Shown here piece after piece: positions 41,831 through 52,228 of a stretch of 64,000 bases of DNA; within the stretch, counting starts at the first letter, position 1, and every line of letters starts with the position of its first letter. Below the pieces are notes generated by a model. That model saw only the letters and a program-made list of their open reading frames with translations, made no database searches and was not told where the DNA came from. The translations under genes and the position numbers were made by a program. Source of the DNA: a bacterium. GTDB taxonomy: Bacteria; Hinthialibacterota; Hinthialibacteria; Hinthialibacterales; Hinthialibacteraceae. The stretch spans positions 1,088,001 to 1,152,000 of the forward strand of contig CAXXMV010000006.1 in NCBI GenBank assembly GCA_963662285.2, written 5' to 3'.

Positions 41831-43072
41831 TCACTTGGTTTGATTAATAAGCGCATCAAACGTGGTTGCGTCATGAGTCGCCAGACGCAGGATGTCGTTA
41901 TCGCCGTCGCCATCCAAATCGCCTACCTGACCGTTATAGATTCCATCGTTGGTTAATAATTGTTTCTTCCATTTCAGGTTGTCGCCCTGATTGAGAAAGA
42001 TATAGACTGGCGTTTCTTTCTCGCCTAATCCTATAGCGCGGCTTTTGTTGAATCCCGCCAGAACGTCATAGTCTCCATCGCAATCCATATCAAATACCTG
42101 GATAGTATGGGTGGCCGTCATGTTTTCAGCGATGACATGCTCTTCCCATGGACCATTCCTGGGGTCCTTGGCGCTATACCATGCAAGCGGGTATTCTTTG
42201 CGCTCCGAATGTGAAATGAAAATTTCTACCCGTCCATCGCCATTGATGTCGCGGCAGAAATGCTTGGTTGCGTTTTTGGACCAGTCTCCTGTCTGGTTAT
42301 GCCATTTCGGATCGATAGTGCGCACCGTCCAATCTGCGAGAAGGTCGGCCCCGGGATTTTCAATCCAATATCCATTGACGGCAATATCAACATCGCCGTC
42401 TCCGTCAATGTCGCCCACGTCCATTCCTTCATGCAGGTTCTTGATGGTGAAATCCTGGGCTTTGATCCATTTGTCGGGTGCATCCTGGCGGAAGATGGTT
42501 ATGTTATTTTCTACGTAGGATATGACAACCAGATCAAGTTTTTTATCGTTATTAAAATCAACCAGGTTTACATCTTTGATGAAGTCGGGAGACTGCCCGA
42601 TGCGGTGAGCTTTCCATGATGGATTCTCGAACCAATAGGCCGTTGTGGGATCGCCGCCTTTATCCCATTCGCCGGGGTGCTCAAAACCGAGGATATCCAG
42701 ATCGCCATCATTGTCGATGTCGCCGATATCCAGATCGCCGCAGGAAAAAGTTTCACCGCCCGGGGCTTTCTCCGCGATAATATGCTGCACCCATGATTTT
42801 CCGCCATCACGGGATTCAAGCCAGCCCAGCCAGCCGCCGTGACCGTTATCATTTTGCAGCGCGATATCCTGGAGACCGTCACCGTTGATGTCTCCCAAGG
42901 CTCGCGCCCACCATAAATTGGCGCTGGTGGAGATGGGATAGGTTTTGAATTCCACATCGGCGCATCCCATCATGGGCGTGAAGGTGACTACGTGAAAGAG
43001 CAGGGCGCAAAAAAGACAAATAGCTGTTAGTTTTTGATTGTAGAGTAGTTTCATAATATTCTTTCCATGCAC
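41831..43072 (-). CDS. FG-GAP/VCBS repeat beta-propeller protein, secreted
   Basis: Seven DxNxDGxxD-like repeats (GDINGDGLQD, GDIDNDGDLD, GDIDGDGDVD, GDLDGDGDND); signal peptide. Confidence 0.88.
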   Translation of the reverse strand: MHGKNIMKLLYNQKLTAICLFCALLFHVVTFTPMMGCADVEFKTYPISTSANLWWARALGDINGDGLQDIALQNDNGHGGWLGWLESRDGGKSWVQHIIAEKAPGGETFSCGDLDIGDIDNDGDLDILGFEHPGEWDKGGDPTTAYWFENPSWKAHRIGQSPDFIKDVNLVDFNNDKKLDLVVISYVENNITIFRQDAPDKWIKAQDFTIKNLHEGMDVGDIDGDGDVDIAVNGYWIENPGADLLADWTVRTIDPKWHNQTGDWSKNATKHFCRDINGDGRVEIFISHSERKEYPLAWYSAKDPRNGPWEEHVIAENMTATHTIQVFDMDCDGDYDVLAGFNKSRAIGLGEKETPVYIFLNQGDNLKWKKQLLTNDGIYNGQVGDLDGDGDNDILRLATHDATTFDALINQTK

Positions 43073-43126
43073 AATTATAATTTTTAAGGATCAACAAGGA
43101 TTTGAGTACTTTTAAATAATTTTTTT

Positions 43127-43278
43127 TGTCTGAATCAGGATAACCAGGATGATAGGATGCTCTTGATAAGTGAATCTATAATTAATCACCTCAGAATCAG
43201 AATAAGCAACGAGAAACCATATGCTTTTGATGTGAAATCCTGAATATCCGGTAAATCCAGAGTATCCTGATTCAGACA
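43127..43278. mobile_element. MITE-like element with 16-bp perfect terminal inverted repeats
   Basis: tgtctgaatcaggata (43127-43142) and tatcctgattcagaca (43263-43278), with 9-bp periodic ATCC subterminal repeats. Confidence 0.55.
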
Positions 43279-43505
43279 TTATTAATTTAACCTCAATTAA
43301 TAAGTATCCACTTTCGAGATGAACCATTTTCAATTATAAATCTAGCAGATTATTCACTATGCGATAGTCTAGGTTAGTATTATAGTAGTATTTTGATAAG
43401 GTTCAGATTATATGCATGTCCTTGCAATAGATAATTATCTATGTTACTTTCAGCCGCTAGTAGGGATTTGTTTATATCAAATCAACAAATAGAGAGGGAT
43501 TCATT

Positions 43506-46316
43506 ATGGTTTGGAACACAAGTATGATGATTCGGAATATAAAATCAAAATGGATTATGTTAGGTATGTGTTTGGTTATGTTTCTATCAACTTTTTCATC
43601 ATGGGCGGCTATGGATTTCAAGTATGATGCAACTTTTGTTGAAGGATGCACTTATGATGACAGCGTTCCAAATCCAGATAAAATCCTGGGCTATCCAGTG
43701 GGAACTCAAGCGGCGACTTATCAGGAGATGTTGAATTATTTTGAAGCGCTCAGTGAATCGTGTGAGCATGTTCAATTATTTCAGTACGGCGAAACCCATG
43801 AAGGACGCAAACTGATTTATCTGGTAGTATCGTCTCCAGATAATATGCGCCAGTTGGAAGCGATTAAATCTAAGATACGTAAGTTGGCTAATCCACCAGG
43901 CGACAGTGATAAAGTTGAAGCCGCATCTATTATTGATAAAACACCCGCCATTGGCTGGCTGGGATACAGCATTCATGGCGATGAACTTTCATCTACCGAT
44001 GCAGCTATCTGGGTGGCTTATCAACTGGCGGCGGGCCAGGATGAGGTTACTAAACAGATATGCAAAGAGACGGTAGTATGCATTGATCCTCTGCAAAATC
44101 CTGACGGGCGGGAGCGCTTTCTTACCCAGATGCGCATGTTTAACGGTAAGGTGATGAATCCCGACGTGCAGAGCGCCAATCATGCAGGCATGTGGCCTTG
44201 GGGCAGAGGCAACCATTACCTGTTTGACCTAAACCGGGATTTTATTATTTTTTCTCAGCCGGAAACAGTCGCCAGGATTAAGATATGGCGCGAGTATAAT
44301 CCTCAGATATTCGTCGATTCGCATGAGATGGGTGGATTGGATACATATCTATTTTCGCCGGCTCGTGAACCGATCAATCCATTTCTGCCGCCTACGCTGG
44401 AGAAATGGTCGAATGTTTTTGCACAGGATCAGGCCGCCGCTTTCGATAAACATGGCTGGAGTTATTATTCCCGCGAATGGCTTGATAACTGGTATCCCGG
44501 TTATACCGATTGGATATCCTATACCGGGGCCATATCCATATTATACGAACAAGCGGGAGTGGATGGTTCTGCGATCAGGCGGCAAGACGGAAGCGCCATG
44601 ACTTTTCGTGAATCAGTGCATCATCATATTACCAGTTCGTTAGCTAACCTGCATACTTTGGCGCAACGCAGGAAAGAGATTATGCGCGATTATGCGACCC
44701 TCAAGTTGAATAATATCCAGCCATGCGGCAAAGATGAAATCTGCGCTTACATTATTGAACCGGGAAAGAATGCGAGCCGCGACTCACAGTTTATCGAACA
44801 TCTACAGTTGCAAGGCATCGAAGTATTCAAGACTACTAAATCTCTCAAAATGGCTCAGGTGAGTTCCAGGTTTGGAGAAATAATAACAGACAAAGAGTTT
44901 CCCATCGGAAGTTGGGTTGTTTACACGCGGCAGCAGATGAAAAACCTGATCAATGCGGTAATGGAATTTGATCCCCGCATGACGGATGAATTTCTGCAGC
45001 AGGAACGTTTTTATCTGGAAAAGAAAAACCAGTCCAGGTTGTATGATGTATCCAGCTGGTCTATGCCTATCGCCCATGCGGTGCAATGCTATTCGGCTAC
45101 CATGCCGGTTGAAATTGATCGGGCAAAAGAGAGTTCCCTTAAAATTAAACCAATTTTTCCATCTACGGTTCCGGCTTATGGATATGTGTTAGATGGCGAT
45201 GATGATGCAACAACTTTCGCCGTGTCTCAATTGCTGGAGAAGGGAATCGCTGTACGGACTGCGGAAAAAGCATTTAACGCGGCGGGGCGTGATTTCCCAC
45301 GAGGCAGTTTTTTGATTCGAAAAGTGGAAAACAGGGATGGCATGAATGAAATCATCAAACAAATCGCCCTGAAAAACAAGGTGCATGTTTATGGCGCCGA
45401 TACCGCGCTTGATCTGGATATGGTGGATTTAGGCGGTCGGTATTTTGGATTGCTGACCTGTCCACGCATTGCTATTGCCATGGGGCGCGGCGTTAATGCG
45501 AATTCTTATGGGGCATTGTGGAATCTATTGGATGCCAAATATCAAATTCGCGCTTCATCGCTCAATGCGGAAGTTTTATCTTCTTTTGATTTGAGAAAAT
45601 ATAATGTGCTGATTTTGCCATCCGGTACATACGAAGAAAGCGTTCTCCCGACGCTGAAGCAATGGGTCAATAATGGCGGGACGCTTATCGCCTTAGACAG
45701 CGCAGTGTCATTTTTCACCAAAGAAAAATCAGACATGTCTTCGGTGCGTGAGAGAATAGATGTGCTGGATAAACTTGAAGAATATGAAGAAGCTGTAGAG
45801 CATGAAGAAAATGCGCTGACCGCCTCAGCCAGTCAGAAGGATGTTTGGGATTACCGTGCGGAAGATATCAAAGAAGCGACTCCCGTCGAGAAGAAGGACA
45901 AATTAGTAAAAGAGAAACTGAAACGCATCGATGCATGGGAAAGACGTTTCAGTCCCCATGGAACATTCTTGAAAACCAAGATCGACGCTTATCACTGGTT
46001 GACCTATGGCGTCAATGATCCACTGGCGGTTATGGTTGGTTCTGGTCAATCTTATTTATCCAAACCTCCAGTAGAGACTCCCGTGCGTTTTACGGATCAA
46101 GCCTCTATCCGGGTAAGTGGATTATTGTGGCCCGAAGCGCGACGACGGTTTGCCAAAACCGCCTATTTGACCAGGGAAAGCGTGGGAAAAGGCCAGGTGA
46201 TTTTGTTCCCGTTTGAACCTGCATTTAGAGGTTATTATCACGAAACCGCTCGGCTGTTATGGAACGCAATCTTCCTGGGCCCGGGATTAGGCGCCCAGAC
46301 GCAGATTCCCTGGTAA
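43506..46316 (+). CDS. M14 family zinc carboxypeptidase
   Basis: SIHGDE, QNPDG, DLNRD and DSHEM zinc-binding motifs; signal peptide. Confidence 0.9.
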   Translation: MVWNTSMMIRNIKSKWIMLGMCLVMFLSTFSSWAAMDFKYDATFVEGCTYDDSVPNPDKILGYPVGTQAATYQEMLNYFEALSESCEHVQLFQYGETHEGRKLIYLVVSSPDNMRQLEAIKSKIRKLANPPGDSDKVEAASIIDKTPAIGWLGYSIHGDELSSTDAAIWVAYQLAAGQDEVTKQICKETVVCIDPLQNPDGRERFLTQMRMFNGKVMNPDVQSANHAGMWPWGRGNHYLFDLNRDFIIFSQPETVARIKIWREYNPQIFVDSHEMGGLDTYLFSPAREPINPFLPPTLEKWSNVFAQDQAAAFDKHGWSYYSREWLDNWYPGYTDWISYTGAISILYEQAGVDGSAIRRQDGSAMTFRESVHHHITSSLANLHTLAQRRKEIMRDYATLKLNNIQPCGKDEICAYIIEPGKNASRDSQFIEHLQLQGIEVFKTTKSLKMAQVSSRFGEIITDKEFPIGSWVVYTRQQMKNLINAVMEFDPRMTDEFLQQERFYLEKKNQSRLYDVSSWSMPIAHAVQCYSATMPVEIDRAKESSLKIKPIFPSTVPAYGYVLDGDDDATTFAVSQLLEKGIAVRTAEKAFNAAGRDFPRGSFLIRKVENRDGMNEIIKQIALKNKVHVYGADTALDLDMVDLGGRYFGLLTCPRIAIAMGRGVNANSYGALWNLLDAKYQIRASSLNAEVLSSFDLRKYNVLILPSGTYEESVLPTLKQWVNNGGTLIALDSAVSFFTKEKSDMSSVRERIDVLDKLEEYEEAVEHEENALTASASQKDVWDYRAEDIKEATPVEKKDKLVKEKLKRIDAWERRFSPHGTFLKTKIDAYHWLTYGVNDPLAVMVGSGQSYLSKPPVETPVRFTDQASIRVSGLLWPEARRRFAKTAYLTRESVGKGQVILFPFEPAFRGYYHETARLLWNAIFLGPGLGAQTQIPW

Positions 46317-46380
46317 TATAAAGATTAGCAAAATATGGTGTGGTGAAGATGTAGAACGGTTTATAATTAAAGGTGTGGGC

Positions 46381-46530
46381 GCCAAGGGCAGTGTTCTTTC
46401 TGCCCTTGACTGATAACCATGTAGCAACGAAAACAATCCTATGATACTCTGTCTTACGTGTGGGTCGCTAGTAGAAATTCTGGAAATTAGAGTAGACTCA
46501 ATCAAGGGCAGAAAATACACTGCCCTTGGC
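46381..46530. repeat. Inverted pair of palindromic REP-like units (REPIN/BIME-like)
   Basis: gccaagggcagtgttctttctgcccttga (46381-46409) and its 27/29 reverse complement at 46502-46530. Confidence 0.7.
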
Positions 46531-46619
46531 ACCCGGCCACCCAATATAAGGTGAGGGCGATTCTAAAATAATTGGCTGATCTATTACTTGTTTTTAATGT
46601 TGAGTATTTAACGTAGTTC

Positions 46620-49109
46620 TTGATGACTATCAAGTGGAGAGTAATCATGGGGCGTAAACAAGGTTGTTATTGGATATTTTGTCAATTGGGAATTGCTCTT
46701 CTGATTTCGATTGGTTCAATAGCGTATGCCGCAGAAGAAATAGTTGCTCTTAATCTAAAGACTGAATGGCAGAATCAGTTTAGTGAACTTAAACGGCAAA
46801 TTGATAATCGTGATGCCTTAAACCGGCTGGCGCATCAAACCTTTAACTGTGAGTCGTTGATCGATCCCGGCGACCGTGATCCGGTTGATGTAGTGGTTCG
46901 ACGCACTTGCGCTCTCTTGGATGATATAAAGGGTAACCTTAAACAAGATATAGTAGTGGAGTTTCAACAGAGAATAGAAGAAATAATAGCAGCTAAATCG
47001 CAAATTGATATAAGCCAATCCCTCCAGCGTTATGCTGTGTATCTGGATATATGTCAGTTACGAAGAGATATTGCGTTCCAGAATCCATTATTGGATTTTG
47101 ATAAGTTGCTTTTTATCAAGCGCCATAGGTCTGTTGCTCCAGACGAACACATGTGCGACCAGTTCTATGGTTGTTTCGCCTGTGCGGGCGGTGGATTATT
47201 TGAGTTGCGCAACCCCTTCAGCGATAAGCCGTCGTTGCGTGATATTTTGAGAGACAGTCAGGTTGAGCGGGGACGCTTAGCGGGAAAATGTCTTGCTCAA
47301 GGATCGTTTCTTTCTCCCGATTTGTCTTATGATGGACGTTCTATATTATTCGCCTATACCGAGAATAATTTGATGGCCAAACCGAAGAATGAGCCTTTCC
47401 CCGAAAATGATGACCGATGGACCAATGGTCGCAGTTACCATTTATTTAAGGTAGATGTTGATGGATCGAATCTGGAACAGCTGACCGATGGAACCTGCAA
47501 TGATTTTGATCCATGCTGGCTGCCCAGTGGACGGATTGCCTTTATATCTGAACGGCGTGGAGGATTCTTGCGTTGCGGTTTCCGCCCTTGTCCGGTTTAT
47601 ACCCTGCATAGCATGAACGCCGATGGCAGGGATATTGTACCCCTTAGTTTTCATGAAACCCATGAATGGCATCCCAGCGTTAATCATGACGGCATGATCG
47701 TTTATACCCGATGGGATTATGTTGACCGTGATACCAATGTGGCCCACCATCCCTGGATCACTACGCCTGATGGCCGTGATGCGCGGGCTTTGCAGGGCAA
47801 CTACCCCACTCAGCGGCAGCTGCGTCCCTGGATGGAGATGGATATCCGCGCTATTCCCGGATCGCATAAGTATGTTGCGACTTCAGCGCCGCATCATGGT
47901 CAGGCCTATGGTTCACTGGTTATATGCGACCCGACGGTTAATGATGACGGCGCCATGGCCCCGTTGAAGCGGTTAACGCCGGAAATTCCTTTTCCTGAAG
48001 CTGAATATAAAAAGCAAGGCATCCGCCCCAATGAGGTCTATGCAACAGCATGGCCTTTGAGTGAAGATTATCATTTGTGCGCCTATGACCCCCAGGCGGA
48101 GAACTATGGCGTCTATCTTATAGATTCGTTCGGCAACAGGATTCTATTATATAGAGATGAAAGCATTCCCTGTTTAAGTCCCATGCCGTTAATGGTGAGA
48201 ACCAAACCGCCAGTACTGCCTCATAAAACGTCTGTGGGGAAACCGGATGGAGTTCTGGTTCAAGCCAGTAATTCAGAAACAATACACGTAGTCAATGTTT
48301 ACGACAGCCAGTTTGAATGGCCCGAAGCAACCAGGATCACCGACTTGCGCATCATCCAGGTGCTGCCCAAGACAACCCCTACTAATAATGTTCCCCGGAT
48401 TGGCGTCGCCTCTCAGACCAATGCGCGAGCGGTGCTTGGTACTGTTCCGGTTGAAAAAGATGGCAGCGTCTATTTTAAGGCGCCGGTCAATAAACCTATT
48501 TACTTTCAGGCCTTAAATAAAGATGGTTTGGCTATCCAGTCGATGCGTTCACTTACTTATGTACATAAGGGAGAAACGCTCAGTTGTCAGGGATGTCATG
48601 AATCACGTTACGCGGCGCCCCAAAATTCAAGTTTAACTTCTTTGGCGCTACGCCGGGCGCCATCCATTATTAAAGCAGAGGTGGACGGCTCTAATCCATT
48701 CAATTATCCACGTTTAGTGCAATCGGTGCTCGATAAAAACTGTGTGGACTGTCATGCAAAACATGAAAAAGCCCCGAATCTGAGCGGCGTCCCTGGTGAT
48801 GATAAAGATGGCTATACTCCTTCATACCGCAGTCTGGCTGAAAAATATGGTTTTTATTTCAATGTCTCCAATGGATCATTCAATGATCCTCATCCCATAG
48901 GCGGGGCGCGTACTGTTGCCGGGCAATTTGGAGCGCAGGCTTCAAAACTATATCAGATGTTAAAGGCAGGTCATCATGACGTGCAGCTGTCGAAAGAGGA
49001 TATGCACCGCATAACCCTGTGGCTTGATTGCAACTCGGATTTCTATGGTTCCTATGAGAACACGCTGGCGCAAAGCAGAGGCGAAGTTGTTTTCCCGATT
49101 CTTGAATAG
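46620..49109 (+). CDS. HzsA-related secreted protein (TolB-like propeller, hydrazine-synthase-alpha middle-like domain, two c-type hemes)
   Basis: DFDPCWLPSGRIAFISER, YTRWDYVDR, LGTVPVEKDGS..YFQAL..MRS, CQGCH and CVDCH. Confidence 0.8.
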   Translation: MMTIKWRVIMGRKQGCYWIFCQLGIALLISIGSIAYAAEEIVALNLKTEWQNQFSELKRQIDNRDALNRLAHQTFNCESLIDPGDRDPVDVVVRRTCALLDDIKGNLKQDIVVEFQQRIEEIIAAKSQIDISQSLQRYAVYLDICQLRRDIAFQNPLLDFDKLLFIKRHRSVAPDEHMCDQFYGCFACAGGGLFELRNPFSDKPSLRDILRDSQVERGRLAGKCLAQGSFLSPDLSYDGRSILFAYTENNLMAKPKNEPFPENDDRWTNGRSYHLFKVDVDGSNLEQLTDGTCNDFDPCWLPSGRIAFISERRGGFLRCGFRPCPVYTLHSMNADGRDIVPLSFHETHEWHPSVNHDGMIVYTRWDYVDRDTNVAHHPWITTPDGRDARALQGNYPTQRQLRPWMEMDIRAIPGSHKYVATSAPHHGQAYGSLVICDPTVNDDGAMAPLKRLTPEIPFPEAEYKKQGIRPNEVYATAWPLSEDYHLCAYDPQAENYGVYLIDSFGNRILLYRDESIPCLSPMPLMVRTKPPVLPHKTSVGKPDGVLVQASNSETIHVVNVYDSQFEWPEATRITDLRIIQVLPKTTPTNNVPRIGVASQTNARAVLGTVPVEKDGSVYFKAPVNKPIYFQALNKDGLAIQSMRSLTYVHKGETLSCQGCHESRYAAPQNSSLTSLALRRAPSIIKAEVDGSNPFNYPRLVQSVLDKNCVDCHAKHEKAPNLSGVPGDDKDGYTPSYRSLAEKYGFYFNVSNGSFNDPHPIGGARTVAGQFGAQASKLYQMLKAGHHDVQLSKEDMHRITLWLDCNSDFYGSYENTLAQSRGEVVFPILE

Positions 49110-49125
49110 GAAGATCAGGATTAAC

Positions 49126-49485
49126 TTATTCCTGGAATGGAAGAAATGAGCGTACTTTTTCTTTAAGAGCAGTTAAGTCGCTCGATTTGATAACAAAGGC
49201 ATCCGCATTCCAACTCATGAAATTGTCCTGATATTGTGGATAGGCTGAGTTGATAATAATCGGTCGTTTGCGGTCATGATCCAGTATTCTGGAAATAGCG
49301 TCTAATCCATCCATCCCCGGCATTCTGATGTCGATAACCACTAAATCAGGATTCTCGCTTTTACATAAATCAATGCCTTCAAATCCATTCTTGGCCAGAA
49401 CCACTTGATAACCTTCTTCGGTGAATTCTGTTTGATATAACTGGCGAAGGTTAACTTCATCTTCAATGATCAGAATCTTTTTCAT
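49126..49485 (-). CDS. Single-domain response regulator
   Basis: ILIIEDE, IDIRMP, IKSSD. Confidence 0.9.
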   Translation of the reverse strand: MKKILIIEDEVNLRQLYQTEFTEEGYQVVLAKNGFEGIDLCKSENPDLVVIDIRMPGMDGLDAISRILDHDRKRPIIINSAYPQYQDNFMSWNADAFVIKSSDLTALKEKVRSFLPFQE

Positions 49486-51661
49486 TTGGCGCCTCCAATT
49501 CTTTTGGCAGCCGGATTTCTATTTCGGTTCCTTCTCCTGGTTGGCTATTTACATGTATCGAACCGCCATGGTTTTGTATAATCCGTTGTGAAACATGCAT
49601 TCCCAAACCTGTACCGGTATGTTTTGTAGAGTAGAAAGGTTCAAATATGAGGCTAAGGTTTTTGGGCGCTATGCCAATACCTGTGTCGCATACTTTTATG
49701 CTGATGTCACTGTTATCTTCACATAATCTAATAGTAATTCTACCTCCATTTTCGATGGATTGAATACTATTTTGAAGAATATTTATTAACACTTGCCGCA
49801 TCTGGTTGCGGTCAAAGGGAAACATAGGAATATAATCCCGTTCTATATCGATGGATACGTCATATTCCTCACATTCCGCCTCAAGAAGAGCTACAACGTA
49901 GTCAATCAGTGCATTCATATCATGCAATTCTTTAAATGGAGAATTGGGCCGCGCATAGAATAAAAGCCGGTTAAGTACGTCCTCCATACGCAACGCTTCA
50001 TCTTTGACAATTTTCATGTGGGAATATTCCGCATCTCCTGGCCCGCGTTTTTTCAACATCATGTTTATAAAGCCGCCGATTGCAACTAGCGGCGTTCTAA
50101 TTTCATGGGCCACCGTAGCCGCCATTTGTCCTAAAGCAGCAAATTTACTCGCTTCAATCAGTTTTTCCTGGCTGGCGCGGAGTTCAGAATAGGCCATTTC
50201 GGTCTCTTGCATTTTTTTAGCCAGCTGCTCCATAGCGTCGGCGTGAGCAATAGCTAAAGCTGCTTGAGAGACCAGGATATCGAGGAATTGAATATCTTCT
50301 TCATTGATGGGACGTTTAGTAATGACGTTGTCTGCAATCAGAACGCCGACCGGTTCGTCTTGAACCATCATAGGAAAAACAGCGAAATTGTCGTTGCCTA
50401 ACTGTCGGATTATCTCTTGATTGAAATGGACGTCGGTAACTCCATTTTTGACAAGGAAAGAACGTTTTTGTATAATGGATAGTACCAAAATAGAGGATTC
50501 ATCTGTCAGAGGAACGGAAAGTATTTGAACAATCTGATTGGCGCGTTGTTCTCCGGAACCGGCGTTTTCCAGATATGATAACAACGTATCGGAGAGCGAT
50601 TCTGATCGTGGAATCCCTAATATTCTGTTCCACACCATATTGGCTTCTTCAGGGCTGGATGGTCCAAAGGCAATTCTTCCTATTAAATATTGCTTGGATT
50701 TATCAGTCAGCAACAGGAAAGCCCGGTTGAAACGGAAAACTTCATCAGCGGTTGCTGATATCAGTAACAGACGCAAGCGTTTTTCCAACGTTTCGGTGCT
50801 ATGAAAAAGCTGAGTGATATCGTGTAGGTTTGATAGCGACTTGGTTCGATCTACTACCAGACGTTCCAGATTTTCTGAATAATGCAGTAATTGTTGCTGG
50901 ATTCTTTTCCTTTCGGTGATATTCCTTTGAACGCAGATGAAGCCGAAGACCTGTTGTTCCTCCATTAAAATGGGGGTCATGCGAACTTCAACATCGTATA
51001 GCGACTGGTTGCTTTGCATCCAAGTCATCTCTCCAAACCAGGGTCGCGCCTGGTGGATGCATTGCCAGATTTCGTTATGTTTTTCAGAAGAATCTTTATC
51101 GCTCCAAAAGCATTGCAGTTCGCATCCCAGTATTTTTTCCTGCGACAAACCAACCTGTTTTTCGAATGCTGGATTAGAAAAAAAGATCATTCCATCTTTA
51201 TCGAAGAGCAATATCGCATCGGCAGCTGAGTTAATTGCAGTTTTGAAACTACGCAGTTCCTGCTCAAGCGTCAAAATTTTGCTGCAATCTTCCAGATATA
51301 GGCAAATAAAAGAACCGATGCGGCATGAAATGATCTGGACTTCTATTTCGTTTCCTGAATAGGAATTTATTTTAATCAGTTTTGGCGTAACGGATGGAGA
51401 ATGCATTAACGAGAGAAATAATTCTTTTTCAGCATCATTTTGTACTAATTCTTCTAAATGGCGTCCATCTAAACTTCCGGGATTTTCTAATATTTGAGAT
51501 GCTTTTTTATTGGATCGAACAATAATGCCACCATCATTAATAATGATTATTCCCAATGGGGCATGTTGAATAACTGCATCGAAAACAGCCTCTTGAGCGG
51601 GATTCAGGGTAGAACCGAGATCGCCAGTATTATCATTTCCCAGATCATACGGCATAGCCAA
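49463..51661 (-). CDS. PAS/GAF sensor histidine kinase
   Basis: Two PAS domains, GAF (FNRAFLLL..GVLIADN), HEIRTPL, NILQNS, GTGLG; overlaps the cognate receiver gene. Confidence 0.9.
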   Translation of the reverse strand: MAMPYDLGNDNTGDLGSTLNPAQEAVFDAVIQHAPLGIIIINDGGIIVRSNKKASQILENPGSLDGRHLEELVQNDAEKELFLSLMHSPSVTPKLIKINSYSGNEIEVQIISCRIGSFICLYLEDCSKILTLEQELRSFKTAINSAADAILLFDKDGMIFFSNPAFEKQVGLSQEKILGCELQCFWSDKDSSEKHNEIWQCIHQARPWFGEMTWMQSNQSLYDVEVRMTPILMEEQQVFGFICVQRNITERKRIQQQLLHYSENLERLVVDRTKSLSNLHDITQLFHSTETLEKRLRLLLISATADEVFRFNRAFLLLTDKSKQYLIGRIAFGPSSPEEANMVWNRILGIPRSESLSDTLLSYLENAGSGEQRANQIVQILSVPLTDESSILVLSIIQKRSFLVKNGVTDVHFNQEIIRQLGNDNFAVFPMMVQDEPVGVLIADNVITKRPINEEDIQFLDILVSQAALAIAHADAMEQLAKKMQETEMAYSELRASQEKLIEASKFAALGQMAATVAHEIRTPLVAIGGFINMMLKKRGPGDAEYSHMKIVKDEALRMEDVLNRLLFYARPNSPFKELHDMNALIDYVVALLEAECEEYDVSIDIERDYIPMFPFDRNQMRQVLINILQNSIQSIENGGRITIRLCEDNSDISIKVCDTGIGIAPKNLSLIFEPFYSTKHTGTGLGMHVSQRIIQNHGGSIHVNSQPGEGTEIEIRLPKELEAPNEKDSDH

Positions 51662-51810
51662 TTTCCTTATTTTTCAGATTATTTTTATGCCTGTATATTA
51701 TAGAACGTTTATAAAAATAATGTTTGTTTATATTTAAGATGGTTCAAGGCAGAGCAATCACCCCCTTTAAGAACCATATATATAATATATTAATTTACAA
51801 ATCAGCAAAA

Positions 51811-51868
51811 AAATTGAATTATTTAATTGACAAATTGAATAATTCAATATAAAGTTTGAATTATTACA
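51811..51868 (+). promoter_or_regulatory. Sigma70-type promoter overlapped by three phased operator-like motifs
   Basis: TTGACA 51827-51832, 17 bp, TAAAGT 51850-51855; TTGAAT(T/A)ATT at 51814, 51835 and 51856. Confidence 0.65.
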
Positions 51869-52228
51869 ATGAAAACTAAACAATTAGTATCTCTTTGCCC
51901 TGTATGTGGAGATAAATTGCGAATCTCCAAGATGACCTGCGGATCATGCTCGACTCAGATCGATTCGGAGATCGAGGCGCCTGCGTTTTTCCGTCTGCCC
52001 GATGATCTTCAAGAATTTGTTTTGGTCTTTCTACGCCGCCGGGGAAATATCCGTGAGGTTGAGAAGGAACTCGGAATCTCGTATCCCACGGTTTGTAAGA
52101 AATTAGATAAGGTCAATGAATTGCTGGGTAATACAGATAAAAAAATAGATCGTCTTGAAATTTTGGAGCGGCTGGAGCGCGGCGAGATAAGCGCTCAACA
52201 GGCCGCTCAATTATTACGCGAGAGGTGA
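51869..52228 (+). CDS. DUF2089 family protein (Zn ribbon, HTH, SHOCT-like tail)
   Basis: CPVC..CGSC, RGNIREVEKELGISYPTV, EILERLERGEISAQQAAQLL. Confidence 0.88.
   Translation: MKTKQLVSLCPVCGDKLRISKMTCGSCSTQIDSEIEAPAFFRLPDDLQEFVLVFLRRRGNIREVEKELGISYPTVCKKLDKVNELLGNTDKKIDRLEILERLERGEISAQQAAQLLRER

Noticed and set aside
46620-49109. Evidence of anammox metabolism (hzsA)
   Set aside because: No hzsB/hzsC operon context; HzsA-like domains occur widely in non-anammox bacteria
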